NCBI GenBank assembly: GCA_049965515.1 | Contig: JBMFWG010000001.1 | Span: 32,042-96,041, forward strand | DNA from: Leptospirillia bacterium | GTDB taxonomy: Bacteria > Nitrospirota > Leptospirillia > Leptospirillales > Leptospirillaceae | Reading direction: 5' to 3' | DNA length: 64,000 nucleotides | Shown: positions 47,988-57,679 of the stretch, piece by piece | Position numbering within the stretch: position 1 is the stretch's first letter | Layout: each line of letters starts with the position of its first letter | Position numbers and translations under genes: made by a program | Notes under the pieces: generated by a model | What the model was told of the DNA's origin: nothing | Seen by the model: only the letters and a program-made list of their open reading frames with translations | The model's database searches: none

Positions 47988-48623
47988 TTGAAGTTCAAGT
48001 TCAACTATACCCTCGCACTCATCGCGTTAATTCTTATCATTATTGTTGTTTCCATTGGCAATCGGATCATGACAAGCATGTATTACATCAAAGGCTTCCA
48101 TCTCATTGATACAGCGTATGAGGTCACCCCCGGAACGCAAACCGTAAATGGGGTAACATTTACGATATCCTACATCCCTAAAGACTCCCCCTACTATAAT
48201 TCCCTTCTCGCCGCAGAATTCAATGCCTTTCTCGTCACAATCAAAAATGGAGGAACGGATTACATTGACTATGATCCAATGAATTTTTTTCTGGAGAGGG
48301 GGCCAAAGAAGGTCGATCGAGCAATGAGTGCCGATGAAGTGGAGGAGGGCCTGTCAAACGGTTTTCTGGGCTCGGCCAAGCCGATCCGAATTGCCAAAAA
48401 GCTTGTCGGAATGACATACATTCCGTCCGCAAGACTCTTCCCAGGATACGAGCGAAAGGGGATTCTTGTCTTTCCTCGATTTATTAACAGCCCTGAGCAT
48501 TTTACCGTCAGATTCGCCCACATGACCCAAAAATCCGGCGACTTTCCCGATATCATTTTTCACTTCGGACGACCGAACAAAGGGGGAGCATCGCCTCCCC
48601 CCTCACCGGAAAAGAACCCATAA
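47988..48623 (+). CDS. membrane-anchored protein, possibly DUF4352-like Ig-fold domain
   Basis: 211 aa with a TTG start 8 nt after AAGGAAGGA. N-terminal TM helix (LALIALILIIIVVSI), a beta-rich domain (FLVTIKNGGTDYIDYDPMNFFL .. GILVFPRF), and coding-like codon bias. Confidence 0.55.
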   Translation: MKFKFNYTLALIALILIIIVVSIGNRIMTSMYYIKGFHLIDTAYEVTPGTQTVNGVTFTISYIPKDSPYYNSLLAAEFNAFLVTIKNGGTDYIDYDPMNFFLERGPKKVDRAMSADEVEEGLSNGFLGSAKPIRIAKKLVGMTYIPSARLFPGYERKGILVFPRFINSPEHFTVRFAHMTQKSGDFPDIIFHFGRPNKGGASPPPSPEKNP

Positions 48624-48635
48624 AAGTAAACAGCC

Positions 48636-49940
48636 TCAGGCCGACAGGGATCCCGGATCTTCCCCCGATGCCGTTGACTCTTTCTTCTTCTCTCCCCAGA
48701 TCAGCGTCGGAGGCTCCTTTGCCGTGATCGCGCCTTCGGTAATGATCACCTCCGAGAGATTGGAAAGGGAAGGGATGTCATACATCAGGTCGAGCATCAC
48801 CTCTTCCAAAATGGCGCGAAGGCCCCGGGCACCCGTTTTCTGCGTATAGGCCTTGTGAGCCACAGCGCGAAGGGCTTCTTCCGTAAAGCGGAGCTTTACC
48901 TTCTCAATGGCAAAAAGCTTTTCGAACTGCTTTACCAGCGCATTTTTCGGCTGTGTCAGGATCTGAAGGAAAGCCTCTTCATCAAGGTCTTCGAGAATGG
49001 CCATCACCGGAAAGCGGCCGATAAACTCAGGGATAATCCCGTACTTGAGAAGATCGTCCGGACGAGCCTCCATAAACAGTTTCCCTGACAGAACCCGATC
49101 CTGTGCCGGCTTGGCCTCGGCGCCAAAGCCCATTGTTTTTCGGGCGAGGCGTTGGGAGATGATCGAATCAAGGCCCACGAAGGCCCCTCCGCAAATGAAG
49201 AGAATATTCGTCGTATCGACCTGAATAAATTCCTGATGAGGGTGCTTGCGTCCTCCTTGGGGAGGGACATTGGCAACCGTCCCCTCCACGAGCTTGAGAA
49301 GGGCCTGCTGCACGCCTTCGCCAGAGACATCACGGGTGATCGAAGGATTCTCAGACTTTCGACTAATTTTGTCGATTTCGTCAATGTAGATGATTCCCCA
49401 CTCGGCCTTTTCCACATCATAATCCGCGGCCTGCAGAAGCTTGAGGATAATATTCTCGACATCCTCACCCACATACCCGGCTTCCGTGAGCGTCGTGGCA
49501 TCGGCAATGGCAAAGGGAACATCAAGGATTCGAGCGAGAGTCTGTGCGAGCAGGGTCTTCCCGGTCCCCGTGGGACCCAGCATAATGATATTCCCTTTCT
49601 GAAGCTCCACATCTTCGGAGATCTTGTTCGCCCGAGCCCGCTTGTAGTGGTTATAAACAGCCACCGAGAGAATTTTTTTGGCTCTTTCCTGACCAATAAT
49701 GTATTGGTCAAGGGCCCGTTTGATCTCGGATGGCTTCATCAGGTTAGGAACGGCGACCTTTTCGGGTTCGGCATCCCATGCCTCGGCGATAATCGCCGAG
49801 CATTGCTCGATACACTCATCGCAGATATACACACCCGGACCAGAAACCAGCCGACGCACGTCCTCCCGTCTTTTCCCACAGAATGAGCAGGCAATCTCCG
49901 CTTCACCCGTTCCATTCTTATCCTTCCGTTCTCTGGCCAT
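48636..49940 (-). CDS. clpX: ATP-dependent Clp protease ATP-binding subunit ClpX
   Basis: 434 aa with a zinc ribbon (CSFCGK..CDEC), [15 protein letters not shown] and IIYIDEIDK. Confidence 0.97.
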   Translation of the reverse strand: MARERKDKNGTGEAEIACSFCGKRREDVRRLVSGPGVYICDECIEQCSAIIAEAWDAEPEKVAVPNLMKPSEIKRALDQYIIGQERAKKILSVAVYNHYKRARANKISEDVELQKGNIIMLGPTGTGKTLLAQTLARILDVPFAIADATTLTEAGYVGEDVENIILKLLQAADYDVEKAEWGIIYIDEIDKISRKSENPSITRDVSGEGVQQALLKLVEGTVANVPPQGGRKHPHQEFIQVDTTNILFICGGAFVGLDSIISQRLARKTMGFGAEAKPAQDRVLSGKLFMEARPDDLLKYGIIPEFIGRFPVMAILEDLDEEAFLQILTQPKNALVKQFEKLFAIEKVKLRFTEEALRAVAHKAYTQKTGARGLRAILEEVMLDLMYDIPSLSNLSEVIITEGAITAKEPPTLIWGEKKKESTASGEDPGSLSA

Positions 49941-49977
49941 GATCCCCCCTGTATCTTTGGGTCTTAAATGACAGACC

Positions 49978-50583
49978 CTACTTTGATGTCTTTTCTGTGT
50001 CGATCCTGTGTGACGTGATCACGGAGTCAATCAGTCCATAATCTTTTGCTTCCTTGGATGACATGAAATAATCCCGATCCGTATCCTGAGCCACCTTTTC
50101 AACTGGCTGCCCACAATGCTCCGACAACATCCGATTCAGATCTGCCTTGAGTTTCAGGATTTCCCGGGCATGGATCTCAATATCGGTGGCCTGGCCCTGA
50201 AAACCTCCCATGGGTTGATGGATCATGATGCGGGCATTTGGAAGCGCATAGCGTTTCCCCTTGGCACCTGCTGACAGCAGAAAAGCTCCCATGCTGGCAG
50301 CCTGTCCAATACATATGGTCGACACATCGGGCTTGATGAATTTGATCGTATCATAGATTGCAAGCCCCGCCGTCACAATTCCTCCCGGCGAGTTGATGTA
50401 GAGATTAATATCCTTTGAAGAGTCTTCCGACTCAAGAAAAAGCATCTGGGCAATAACAAGGTTCGCCACCGTATCATCGATGGGAGTCCCCAGAATGATG
50501 ATCCTGTCGCGAAGAAGACGCGAATAAATGTCGTAGGCCCGCTCGCCCCTGTTTGTTTGCTCCACAACCATCGGAATAAGCAT
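49978..50583 (-). CDS. clpP: ATP-dependent Clp protease proteolytic subunit
   Basis: The ATG at 50583 gives 201 aa. [23 protein letters not shown] (catalytic Ser), and IMIHQP. Confidence 0.97.
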   Translation of the reverse strand: MLIPMVVEQTNRGERAYDIYSRLLRDRIIILGTPIDDTVANLVIAQMLFLESEDSSKDINLYINSPGGIVTAGLAIYDTIKFIKPDVSTICIGQAASMGAFLLSAGAKGKRYALPNARIMIHQPMGGFQGQATDIEIHAREILKLKADLNRMLSEHCGQPVEKVAQDTDRDYFMSSKEAKDYGLIDSVITSHRIDTEKTSK

Positions 50584-50610
50584 TGAGAAAATCTCCCGGA
50601 ATATGATGAG

Positions 50611-50632
50611 GGAGAGGGACTTGTCCCTCTCC
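50611..50632 (-). promoter_or_regulatory. perfect 10-bp inverted repeat between tig and clpP
   Basis: GGAGAGGGAC-AA-GUCCCUCUCC, located 13 nt after the tig stop and 27 nt before the clpP ATG. It has no U-tract. Confidence 0.35.
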
Positions 50633-50645
50633 TGAACGAACAACC

Positions 50646-52040
50646 CTAGTGATTATGTCCTGCATGATCATGGTCATGATCATGGTCATGATCGTGCGCC
50701 TGGCCTATTTGCTCTGATGCGGGGGGGAGGACACCAAAAGATCCCCAATTCAGTTTTTCAAGAACCCCTCCGGGGGCAAAGAAGTCGTCCCATCCGGAAA
50801 AGGAGGACTGTCTCAAGAGATATTCTTCGGTCAGGCGTCTGCGAGCCGAAACAACTGCCTGCTCGATGTACTCATTTCGGCGTTCCTCATTTTTCCCTGG
50901 ACTCCCGGCACGCTGAATCAGGGCATAGAATTCCTGCTCGACTCTCTGGACTCCGGGGGACACAGGGATCTTTGCCGCGAGCTCGTCAAGAATAAACCAC
51001 CACATGGTGTCCTTCTTGACTCTTTCCCGGTCAATTTCTCCATCAGACATCCCAGCCTGTTTCATCCGAGCAATCTCGAGATCGATCCGACCTTCAGGAA
51101 CAGGCAGGGTATTCCGGGAAAGGACCTCCACAACCAACTCTTCCATCTTGCGATTGAGGATCTCGGTCAGCTTTTGCTCGAGGACCTTCTGTTCAACAAT
51201 GCCTTCAAGAGTCTGCCCCTCCGCGGGCTCCTTGGACCCGAGAAGAGAGCTGAAAAGCTCTTCCCGCGTCAAGGGCTTGAGCCGACGGACAGAGAGAACT
51301 CCGATCGTGGCTTCATGAGTTTCATTGCGACTGCGCTCACCCTTTTTTTCCCCGGGGATATTGAAGGGGATTTTTCCGGTAAAGCTCTCTCCGGCCTTCT
51401 TGCCGATCAGGGACCGCGTCAGGATCTCTGGAACCCGAGGGTCACCGACCGTCACGGTCTGGCGGCCATCTCTGGAAAGACCCGTGGCCGGATCGACAAA
51501 AGAGAAGGTGAAATCAACCAAATCCCCATCTTCAGCCGGAGTATCCTCTGGCAGATCCTGAATGAACTGGGTGGCTCCCTGTCTGGCAAGGAGGGTTATC
51601 GCCGATTCGACTTCCTCTTTGCTGACAGACGGAAGACTCTCGGGAGAAAGCCCGATTTTTTCATAGACAAAGTTTTCGGGAAGGGAAAAGACCTCCATGG
51701 TTCCCGTGACTGTCAATCCGGACTTTTCATTCTCTTCCGTGACGGAAAACTCCTCAGGATCAAGAAAGACCACTGTCTCAGTGGCCCCCTTAACCAGATC
51801 TCCAATGACTTCGGAATGAATCCCCTTCGTAACCTCCTCACGAACAGAGGCCATAAAGGAGGGGCGGCTACGGACATAGGAAGCAGGAACCCGACCCGGC
51901 CGATAACCAGGCACCTTCACATCACGCAAAAACTCCTGGATTGTCCTGTCGACCCGGGTCCGGACCTCCTCGGGAGAATAGCCCCGCTGAAATGTTCTCT
52001 TTGCGCCATCACCCGGCTCAATTTTCAAACTCATGGACAC
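50646..52040 (-). CDS. tig: trigger factor with His/Asp-rich C-terminal tail
   Basis: 464 aa with a ribosome-binding N-domain ([10 protein letters not shown]), an FKBP-like middle domain and a C-terminal arm domain. It ends in [17 protein letters not shown]. Gene order is tig-clpP-clpX. Confidence 0.93.
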   Translation of the reverse strand: MSMSLKIEPGDGAKRTFQRGYSPEEVRTRVDRTIQEFLRDVKVPGYRPGRVPASYVRSRPSFMASVREEVTKGIHSEVIGDLVKGATETVVFLDPEEFSVTEENEKSGLTVTGTMEVFSLPENFVYEKIGLSPESLPSVSKEEVESAITLLARQGATQFIQDLPEDTPAEDGDLVDFTFSFVDPATGLSRDGRQTVTVGDPRVPEILTRSLIGKKAGESFTGKIPFNIPGEKKGERSRNETHEATIGVLSVRRLKPLTREELFSSLLGSKEPAEGQTLEGIVEQKVLEQKLTEILNRKMEELVVEVLSRNTLPVPEGRIDLEIARMKQAGMSDGEIDRERVKKDTMWWFILDELAAKIPVSPGVQRVEQEFYALIQRAGSPGKNEERRNEYIEQAVVSARRRLTEEYLLRQSSFSGWDDFFAPGGVLEKLNWGSFGVLPPASEQIGQAHDHDHDHDHDHAGHNH

Positions 52041-52222
52041 TTTTCCTTCCTGGCATAATGTGGGAATAACGCGACACGGGCCTGCCCGCCGATGTGGAAA
52101 ATCGCGGCCTCGCAGATCGACTTGGCGATGCCCCGGCTTCAGGATCTCCTTAAAAGATCATCGTTTTATTCTATCAGAAACCGTGGCCCTGAAAAATCAT
52201 TCTGGAGAAAAATTCGATGATA

Positions 52223-52250
52223 TTGACCTTTCGGGAAAAATGCGTATAAA
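52223..52250 (+). promoter_or_regulatory. candidate sigma-70 promoter for hemY
   Basis: TTGACC, a 16-nt spacer, then TATAAA, located 60 nt upstream of the TTG start at 52310. Confidence 0.35.
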
Positions 52251-52309
52251 GTTTTCGGGGACGCCGCCTCCGTGACTTTGGCATGACGTGATTTTTCAGG
52301 AGATTCATT

Positions 52310-53698
52310 TTGGCAACAGAAGATTTAGAAACACTGGTCATCGGCGGCGGGATTGCCGGCTTGGCATGCGCCACCCATCTCAAACGCGCCGGTCGCACAG
52401 TTCGCCTTGTGGAGCAAAATGACTATTTGGGAGGAGTGATCCGAACCCTTTCCGATCGTGGCTACCAGATCGAAACAGGACCCAATAGCCTTCTGGTGAG
52501 ATCCGAAGAGCCTCTCCTCAGATATCTCTCTCTCCCAGAGATTACAGAAAAGATCCAGCTGGCTGGAACCACAGGAAAAAAGAGATTCATCCTGAAAAAT
52601 GGTCGTCCGGTTGCCCTTCCCATGAGCCTTTTGGAGGGGGTATTCTCGCCAATCCTTTCCCTCCCGGCTAAAATGCGACTTCTGAAAGAGCCCTTCATCC
52701 CCCCCACCAGTCCCGAGGATGGGCTCGACCCCGAAAAGGAAACCGTGGCCGAATTCGTCCAACGACGTCTCGGAAAGGAGTTTCTCGAATCCCTGATCGA
52801 TCCTTTTGTCAAAGGCGTTTATGCCTCGGATCCCCACCTTCTCTCCATGGTCGATACCTTTCCCCGGCTTGTCGACATGGAAAAATCCTACGGGTCGCTG
52901 ATAAAGGGAGGACTGGCCTTGTCAAGACAAAAAAAACCGCCAGCCCCGCCTTTTGCCCGAGAAATACTTTCGTTTTCCGATGGAATGGGGTCGCTTCCAG
53001 AATTCCTCGCCAACATTCTCGATGAGGACGCGGGAACCAATGCTGAAGTCATTGGCTGCGCCCGCTCCGAGAGTGGGTTCCGGACCGCCCTTCTCTTCGA
53101 AGAGGAAACCTACTATATTCGGTCGAAATATCTCGTACTGGCGCTTCCGGCCTCCCAGACAGCAGAACTTATCGAGCCATTGGCAGGGGGCATCCCCCCC
53201 CTTCTCGAACAAATCCCCTATGCACCGATTGCGGTTGTATATCTTGGATATCCCCGGGACAAAATTTCTCATCCGCTTGACGGATTCGGACTGCTCGTCC
53301 CCTCACGGGAGCGCCGCAAGATTCTCGGGGCTCTTTTCTCCTCCTCCCTCTTTCCCGGGAGAGCTCCCAACGGACAGGTTCTTCTCACCGTCTTTGTCGG
53401 GGGGATGATCCAGCCAAAGCTTGCCCAGGCTTTCGATGAAGACCTCTTGCCAATGGTGACAAAAGAAATCGAGTCCATGCTTGGAGTGGAAGGCTCCCCC
53501 TCCTATGTGCGTATTCAGCGCTGGGGAGGAGCCATCCCTCAATCCATTCCAGGACACGGCGCGAGAATCCGGGCCATTGAGGCCGCCCTTCCCTCTGGCC
53601 TCTATTTGGCCGGATCCTATCTGTCCGGGGTCTCAGTTTCCCAAACCTTTTCCTCCGGCATTCGGGCGGCAGAAAAAATTCTGGCCCAAACTCCTTGA
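52310..53698 (+). CDS. hemY: protoporphyrinogen/coproporphyrinogen III oxidase (HemY/CgoX type, FAD-dependent)
   Basis: 462 aa with a TTG start after AGGAG. Dinucleotide fold VIGGGIAGLACA..VRLVEQNDYLGGVIRT, and a C-terminal LYLAGSYLSGVSV. Confidence 0.88.
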   Translation: MATEDLETLVIGGGIAGLACATHLKRAGRTVRLVEQNDYLGGVIRTLSDRGYQIETGPNSLLVRSEEPLLRYLSLPEITEKIQLAGTTGKKRFILKNGRPVALPMSLLEGVFSPILSLPAKMRLLKEPFIPPTSPEDGLDPEKETVAEFVQRRLGKEFLESLIDPFVKGVYASDPHLLSMVDTFPRLVDMEKSYGSLIKGGLALSRQKKPPAPPFAREILSFSDGMGSLPEFLANILDEDAGTNAEVIGCARSESGFRTALLFEEETYYIRSKYLVLALPASQTAELIEPLAGGIPPLLEQIPYAPIAVVYLGYPRDKISHPLDGFGLLVPSRERRKILGALFSSSLFPGRAPNGQVLLTVFVGGMIQPKLAQAFDEDLLPMVTKEIESMLGVEGSPSYVRIQRWGGAIPQSIPGHGARIRAIEAALPSGLYLAGSYLSGVSVSQTFSSGIRAAEKILAQTP

Positions 53699-53744
53699 CA
53701 CACCAAGGTCGCCCCTCCACTCCGACAGTCCCGCCTTACTGTCT

Positions 53745-54419
53745 TTAACAGGGGGGGCCCTCGACAGAGTGAAACTCCCCTGACTCCAGACAATAGGCCG
53801 ATAGACGCCCCGTTCGATAGGCTCCGGTGTCTACCATGACGAGCGCCTCGTGATAAAATTTGGCTTTGCGTACAATGGTGTGACCGGAGACAACAAGGCG
53901 TCCGTCCCATGAGGGAAGAATATGGGGAGGACGAAGGTCGACGCATTCATGGAAAATGCCGGAAGGAGAGAGGCGTGTGTCACAAAGGTCCACATCGCCA
54001 AAACGTGTCCCGGGAACAGAGGGAAGCCCCCCATGGACAACGATATGGCGGGAGTCGGACCAGTAAAGTGGCCAGGAGCCAATCCACGAGTCCAGCAATC
54101 GTCTGCGGGCAAACCCCAGTCGACTCATGGATTCAAGCGTCTGAGTCCCCCCAAACTCCGAATTCTGATAGAAGGGAACCGGATCCCCGTCCCGAAAGCG
54201 GAGATAGGCCTCCTCGTGGTTACCTGCCACAGGGAGGAACCATCCTTCCTTGGCGCCCTGGTACAGGAGCTCAAGAAGGTCTCCCACCAAGCGGCCACGG
54301 TCTATCACATCTCCCGTGGCAATCAGGCGATCATCTTTTGGATTGAAGGTGACTTTCTTCAGGAGATTTTCAAAAAGAGGAAGCTGTCCGTGAAGATCTC
54401 CCACCACATAGGTGGCCAT
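53745..54419 (-). CDS. metallophosphoesterase (PPP-family Ser/Thr phosphatase / ApaH-like)
   Basis: 224 aa with the motifs GDLHGQ, GDVIDRG and GNHE. Confidence 0.8.
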   Translation of the reverse strand: MATYVVGDLHGQLPLFENLLKKVTFNPKDDRLIATGDVIDRGRLVGDLLELLYQGAKEGWFLPVAGNHEEAYLRFRDGDPVPFYQNSEFGGTQTLESMSRLGFARRRLLDSWIGSWPLYWSDSRHIVVHGGLPSVPGTRFGDVDLCDTRLSPSGIFHECVDLRPPHILPSWDGRLVVSGHTIVRKAKFYHEALVMVDTGAYRTGRLSAYCLESGEFHSVEGPPC

Positions 54420-54437
54420 AAGGCGGGCCGCCTGCCG

Positions 54438-55454
54438 TCAGCCGGCCGGAAGAAGGCTCGAAATGGACCGGAAGGTATTCCGAAGTGATGACGTCGCATC
54501 TCCCACCGCAGAAGGCTCAAACCCGGAGTGCACCATACAATCACGGCACTTGGGGTTTCCGGAAGAGGGACCATATTTTCTCCAATCGGTCTCCTCCATA
54601 AGCTCACGATAGGTTGCCGCATAGCCTTCGTTCTGAAGGTAACAAGGGCGCTGCCATCCTAAAACCGAATAGTTTGGACTTCCCCACGGGGTGCAGTCGT
54701 AGTCCTTCTCCCCTTCAAGAAAGTCGAGATAGAAGGGGCTGTGGTTGAAGTTCCAGCCCTTCCCTGCCCGATCTGCCAAAATGGCGCGAAAAAGATCCTT
54801 GGTCCTCTCCCGTCGCAGAAAATGGTCCTGATCGGGTGCCCAGGCATAGGGGTATCCGGGAGAAATCATCATTCCGTTGACCCCAAGATCACGGGCAAAG
54901 TCAAAAAAGCGCCGGAGCTCTTCAGGGTCCTCCCCCTCAAAGACTGTTGTATTGGTCGTCACGCGAAATCCCTTTGAAAGGGCGGTTTTGATCGCGCGAA
55001 CGGCAATGTCGAAGACACCTTCCCGACAGACAAGCCGGTCATGGGTCTCCCTCAGTCCATCAAGATGGACACTAAATGTCAGGTAAGGAGAGGGAGCGAT
55101 GGTTTCAAGGCCGCGTTCAAGGAGAATGCCATTCGTGCACAGATAAACGAATTTTTTCCTGGCGACCATTGAGGAAACAATTTCGCCGATCTCAGGATGA
55201 ATGAGAGGTTCGCCCCCCGCGATGGTCACAACGGGAGCGCCACACTCTTCCACCGCCTGAATGCACTGCTCCGGAGAGAGCCTTTTCTTGAGGATCTCCT
55301 CGGGGTATTGGATCTTGCCACAACCGGCACACTCAAGATTGCACCGAAAGAGTGGCTCAAGCATGAGAACCAGGGGATATCGCTTGTCCCCTGACCATTT
55401 CTTTTTCATGACATAAGAGCCGACCTTCAAGGCTTGCTGAACAGGAATGGACAT
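54438..55454 (-). CDS. hpnH: adenosyl-hopene transferase (hopanoid side-chain radical SAM enzyme)
   Basis: The ATG at 55454 gives 338 aa. [22 protein letters not shown] and [13 protein letters not shown] are characteristic of HpnH. Confidence 0.85.
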   Translation of the reverse strand: MSIPVQQALKVGSYVMKKKWSGDKRYPLVLMLEPLFRCNLECAGCGKIQYPEEILKKRLSPEQCIQAVEECGAPVVTIAGGEPLIHPEIGEIVSSMVARKKFVYLCTNGILLERGLETIAPSPYLTFSVHLDGLRETHDRLVCREGVFDIAVRAIKTALSKGFRVTTNTTVFEGEDPEELRRFFDFARDLGVNGMMISPGYPYAWAPDQDHFLRRERTKDLFRAILADRAGKGWNFNHSPFYLDFLEGEKDYDCTPWGSPNYSVLGWQRPCYLQNEGYAATYRELMEETDWRKYGPSSGNPKCRDCMVHSGFEPSAVGDATSSLRNTFRSISSLLPAG

Positions 55455-55666
55455 GGAAGACGCCCTTTCATGGCGGAGCGTGGGCCGCCACCCAAAGAAA
55501 AATATCCAAAAGAATAGCAAAAAGAACAAATCAAAGGATGACAAAAAATCATCGACACTTTAAGATCATACGGAGAGGGAGGCTTTTCTGTCAAGAAACC
55601 ATGAGGATATCTGCCCATCAAGTCATCAAAAATAGTGACTTTACCTAAAAGGGAGAGGAGGAATTC

Positions 55667-56677
55667 GTGATTCTGGCCGGAGACATCGGAGGAACAAAAA
55701 CACTCCTTGGGCTCTTTGACCCGGACTCCGGGGTCCCTTCCCCCCAAAGCCTCCATTCCTATTCCTCTCGCGATTATCCGTCCCTTGAGTCGGTACTCGC
55801 CCAGTTTATGGAAGAGATCGACCCTGTTCTGACAAAAAAGCCCCTTGAATCGGCGGCCTTCGGTGTTGCCGGCCCGGTTATTTCCGGCCGATGCCAGACC
55901 ACAAACCTCCCCTGGATCATCGAAACAAAATCTCTCGCCACGACTCTCAGGCTTCCCTCCGAAGCGGTGGCACTGGCCAACGATCTCGTCTCCATCGCCT
56001 GGGGGACCACAGTTGCCCCTCCGGAGTCCTTGAAAACGATCAATGAGGGATCCAGGGATCCCCAGGGAACGCGGGTCGTGGTGGCTCCGGGAACAGGGCT
56101 GGGAGAGGCCATCATCGGAATGCACAATGGCATTCCCCTTCCCCTCCCGACCGAGGGAGGCCATACCGACTGGGCCCCGACCTGCCCGGAAGAAATCCCT
56201 CTTCTTGAGTGGATCTGGAAAAAGTTTGGCCATGCCAGCCCCGAACGACTCATTTCCGGACCGGGGCTGGCGCATCTTTATCATTTTCATGCCCAGACGC
56301 CTCCCCCCGGAGGGAAGCGTCTCTCTCCCGATCTCCCGGAAGACAAGATTCCCGAAACTGTCTCTCTGGAGGCCGAAAAAGGAAATCCCCTGGCACTGGC
56401 TGTGATGGGGCACTTCTGGAGGCTTCTTGCGGCAGAGGCCGGGAACATGGCCCTTAAAACTCTGGCGACGGGCGGAGTCATTTTGGCGGGAGGGATCCCT
56501 GAAAAGATCTTCCCATTTCTTGACAGGAAGGCCTTCATGGAGACGTTCACGGCGAAGGGTCGCTACCGCCAACTCCTGACAACAATTCCGGTTACACTCT
56601 CCTCGGATCCGGATGTCGGCCTCAAGGGGGCCGCTGAAATTGCCCGACGACTTGTTCGATCCGACCATTCCAAGTGA
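55667..56677 (+). CDS. glk: glucokinase
   Basis: 336 aa with a GTG start after GGAGAGGAGG. ILAGDIGGTKT, GPGLAHLYHF, and GGVILAGGI. Confidence 0.9.
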   Translation: MILAGDIGGTKTLLGLFDPDSGVPSPQSLHSYSSRDYPSLESVLAQFMEEIDPVLTKKPLESAAFGVAGPVISGRCQTTNLPWIIETKSLATTLRLPSEAVALANDLVSIAWGTTVAPPESLKTINEGSRDPQGTRVVVAPGTGLGEAIIGMHNGIPLPLPTEGGHTDWAPTCPEEIPLLEWIWKKFGHASPERLISGPGLAHLYHFHAQTPPPGGKRLSPDLPEDKIPETVSLEAEKGNPLALAVMGHFWRLLAAEAGNMALKTLATGGVILAGGIPEKIFPFLDRKAFMETFTAKGRYRQLLTTIPVTLSSDPDVGLKGAAEIARRLVRSDHSK

Positions 56678-56689
56678 AAGGAATCCCGC

Positions 56690-57466
56690 ATGACAACCCC
56701 ACCCACCACTCCCATGAAGGGATCCCCCGTCTCCCTGACCATTTTTTCCTCTCATGAGGACTGGGCCCGGGGAGCAGCCCGCGAGATCCTGTCCCGCATC
56801 GAGGACTGTCTTTCCCGGCAACGAAGAGTCTCCATCGCACTCTCTGGTGGTTCGACACCGGCTCCCGTCTTTCAAAGTCTCGCGGGAGGAATCCTTGGCT
56901 GGTCCGACGAAAAGAAGAGACGCATCCTTTGGTTCTTCGTGGATGAGCGGTGCGTCGGACCAGAGGATCCACAGAGCAACTATCGCATGGCAAGAGAAGC
57001 ATTACTCTTCCCCGGAAAAGTTCCGGGGGAAACAGTCTTCCGAATGAAGGGCGAGCATCCATCAGCAGAGGCGGAGGCCCTCCGGTACGAAAGACTCATC
57101 ACGGACCTCCTCGGACCAGCCATCCCTCATCCACCAACGATCGACATTCTTCTCATGGGGATCGGTCCGGATGGACACACGGCGAGTCTTTTTCCCGGAA
57201 CTTCTCCGGAAGACGATCATCACAGGCTTGTCATCGCAGTTCCGAAACAGGGCGACCGGGTGGCCCGGATTAGCCTGACCTACCGGATGCTGGCCTGGGG
57301 GGGAGAGCGCCTTTTTCTGGTGGCGGGAGCTGACAAAAAGAAGATTCTTCAAAAGGTTCTCTCCGGGGAAGGAGATCTCCCGTCCCAATGGGTTCTGCGG
57401 GAAGCCGGTTCTCTCGGTCGCCCAACGCGCTTTCTCCTCGACGGAGCCTCAGCCCCGACGCTATAG
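56690..57466 (+). CDS. pgl: 6-phosphogluconolactonase
   Basis: 258 aa with ALSGGSTP, FFVDERCVGPEDPQSNY and GIGPDGHTASLFPG. Confidence 0.9.
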   Translation: MTTPPTTPMKGSPVSLTIFSSHEDWARGAAREILSRIEDCLSRQRRVSIALSGGSTPAPVFQSLAGGILGWSDEKKRRILWFFVDERCVGPEDPQSNYRMAREALLFPGKVPGETVFRMKGEHPSAEAEALRYERLITDLLGPAIPHPPTIDILLMGIGPDGHTASLFPGTSPEDDHHRLVIAVPKQGDRVARISLTYRMLAWGGERLFLVAGADKKKILQKVLSGEGDLPSQWVLREAGSLGRPTRFLLDGASAPTL

Positions 57467-57679
57467 CCCTCGGAGTTGGCCCCAAAGTTCGACGGGAAAT
57501 GAAGGCGGTCAGGTCTCCTCCTGCAAGGATCTGGAAGTCATTCTTGCCCAGATCGCGAACTCTTTAGTAGAATTAACAGATGCATTCGACGGGATCTTTC
57601 GGGTCGAGTGCTGTATCTTGGCTATGCTGTGTCTTGATAGAATCATGTTTGAGGCAAAAGGCCTTAGCAGAGGATCTGA

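Noticed and set aside
50664-50696. A 12-nt tandem repeat, considered as a CRISPR fragment or non-coding VNTR.
   Set aside because: It has only 2.5 copies and no spacers, and it is in frame within tig, where it encodes the HD repeat. It is reported instead as a protein-tail feature.
55427-56875. 482-aa minus-strand ORF spanning glk and pgl.
   Set aside because: It is antisense to two genes with unmistakable motifs (GDIGGTKT; GGSTP, GPDGHTASLFPG). Its composition is Gly/Arg/Pro/Ser-rich with no motifs.
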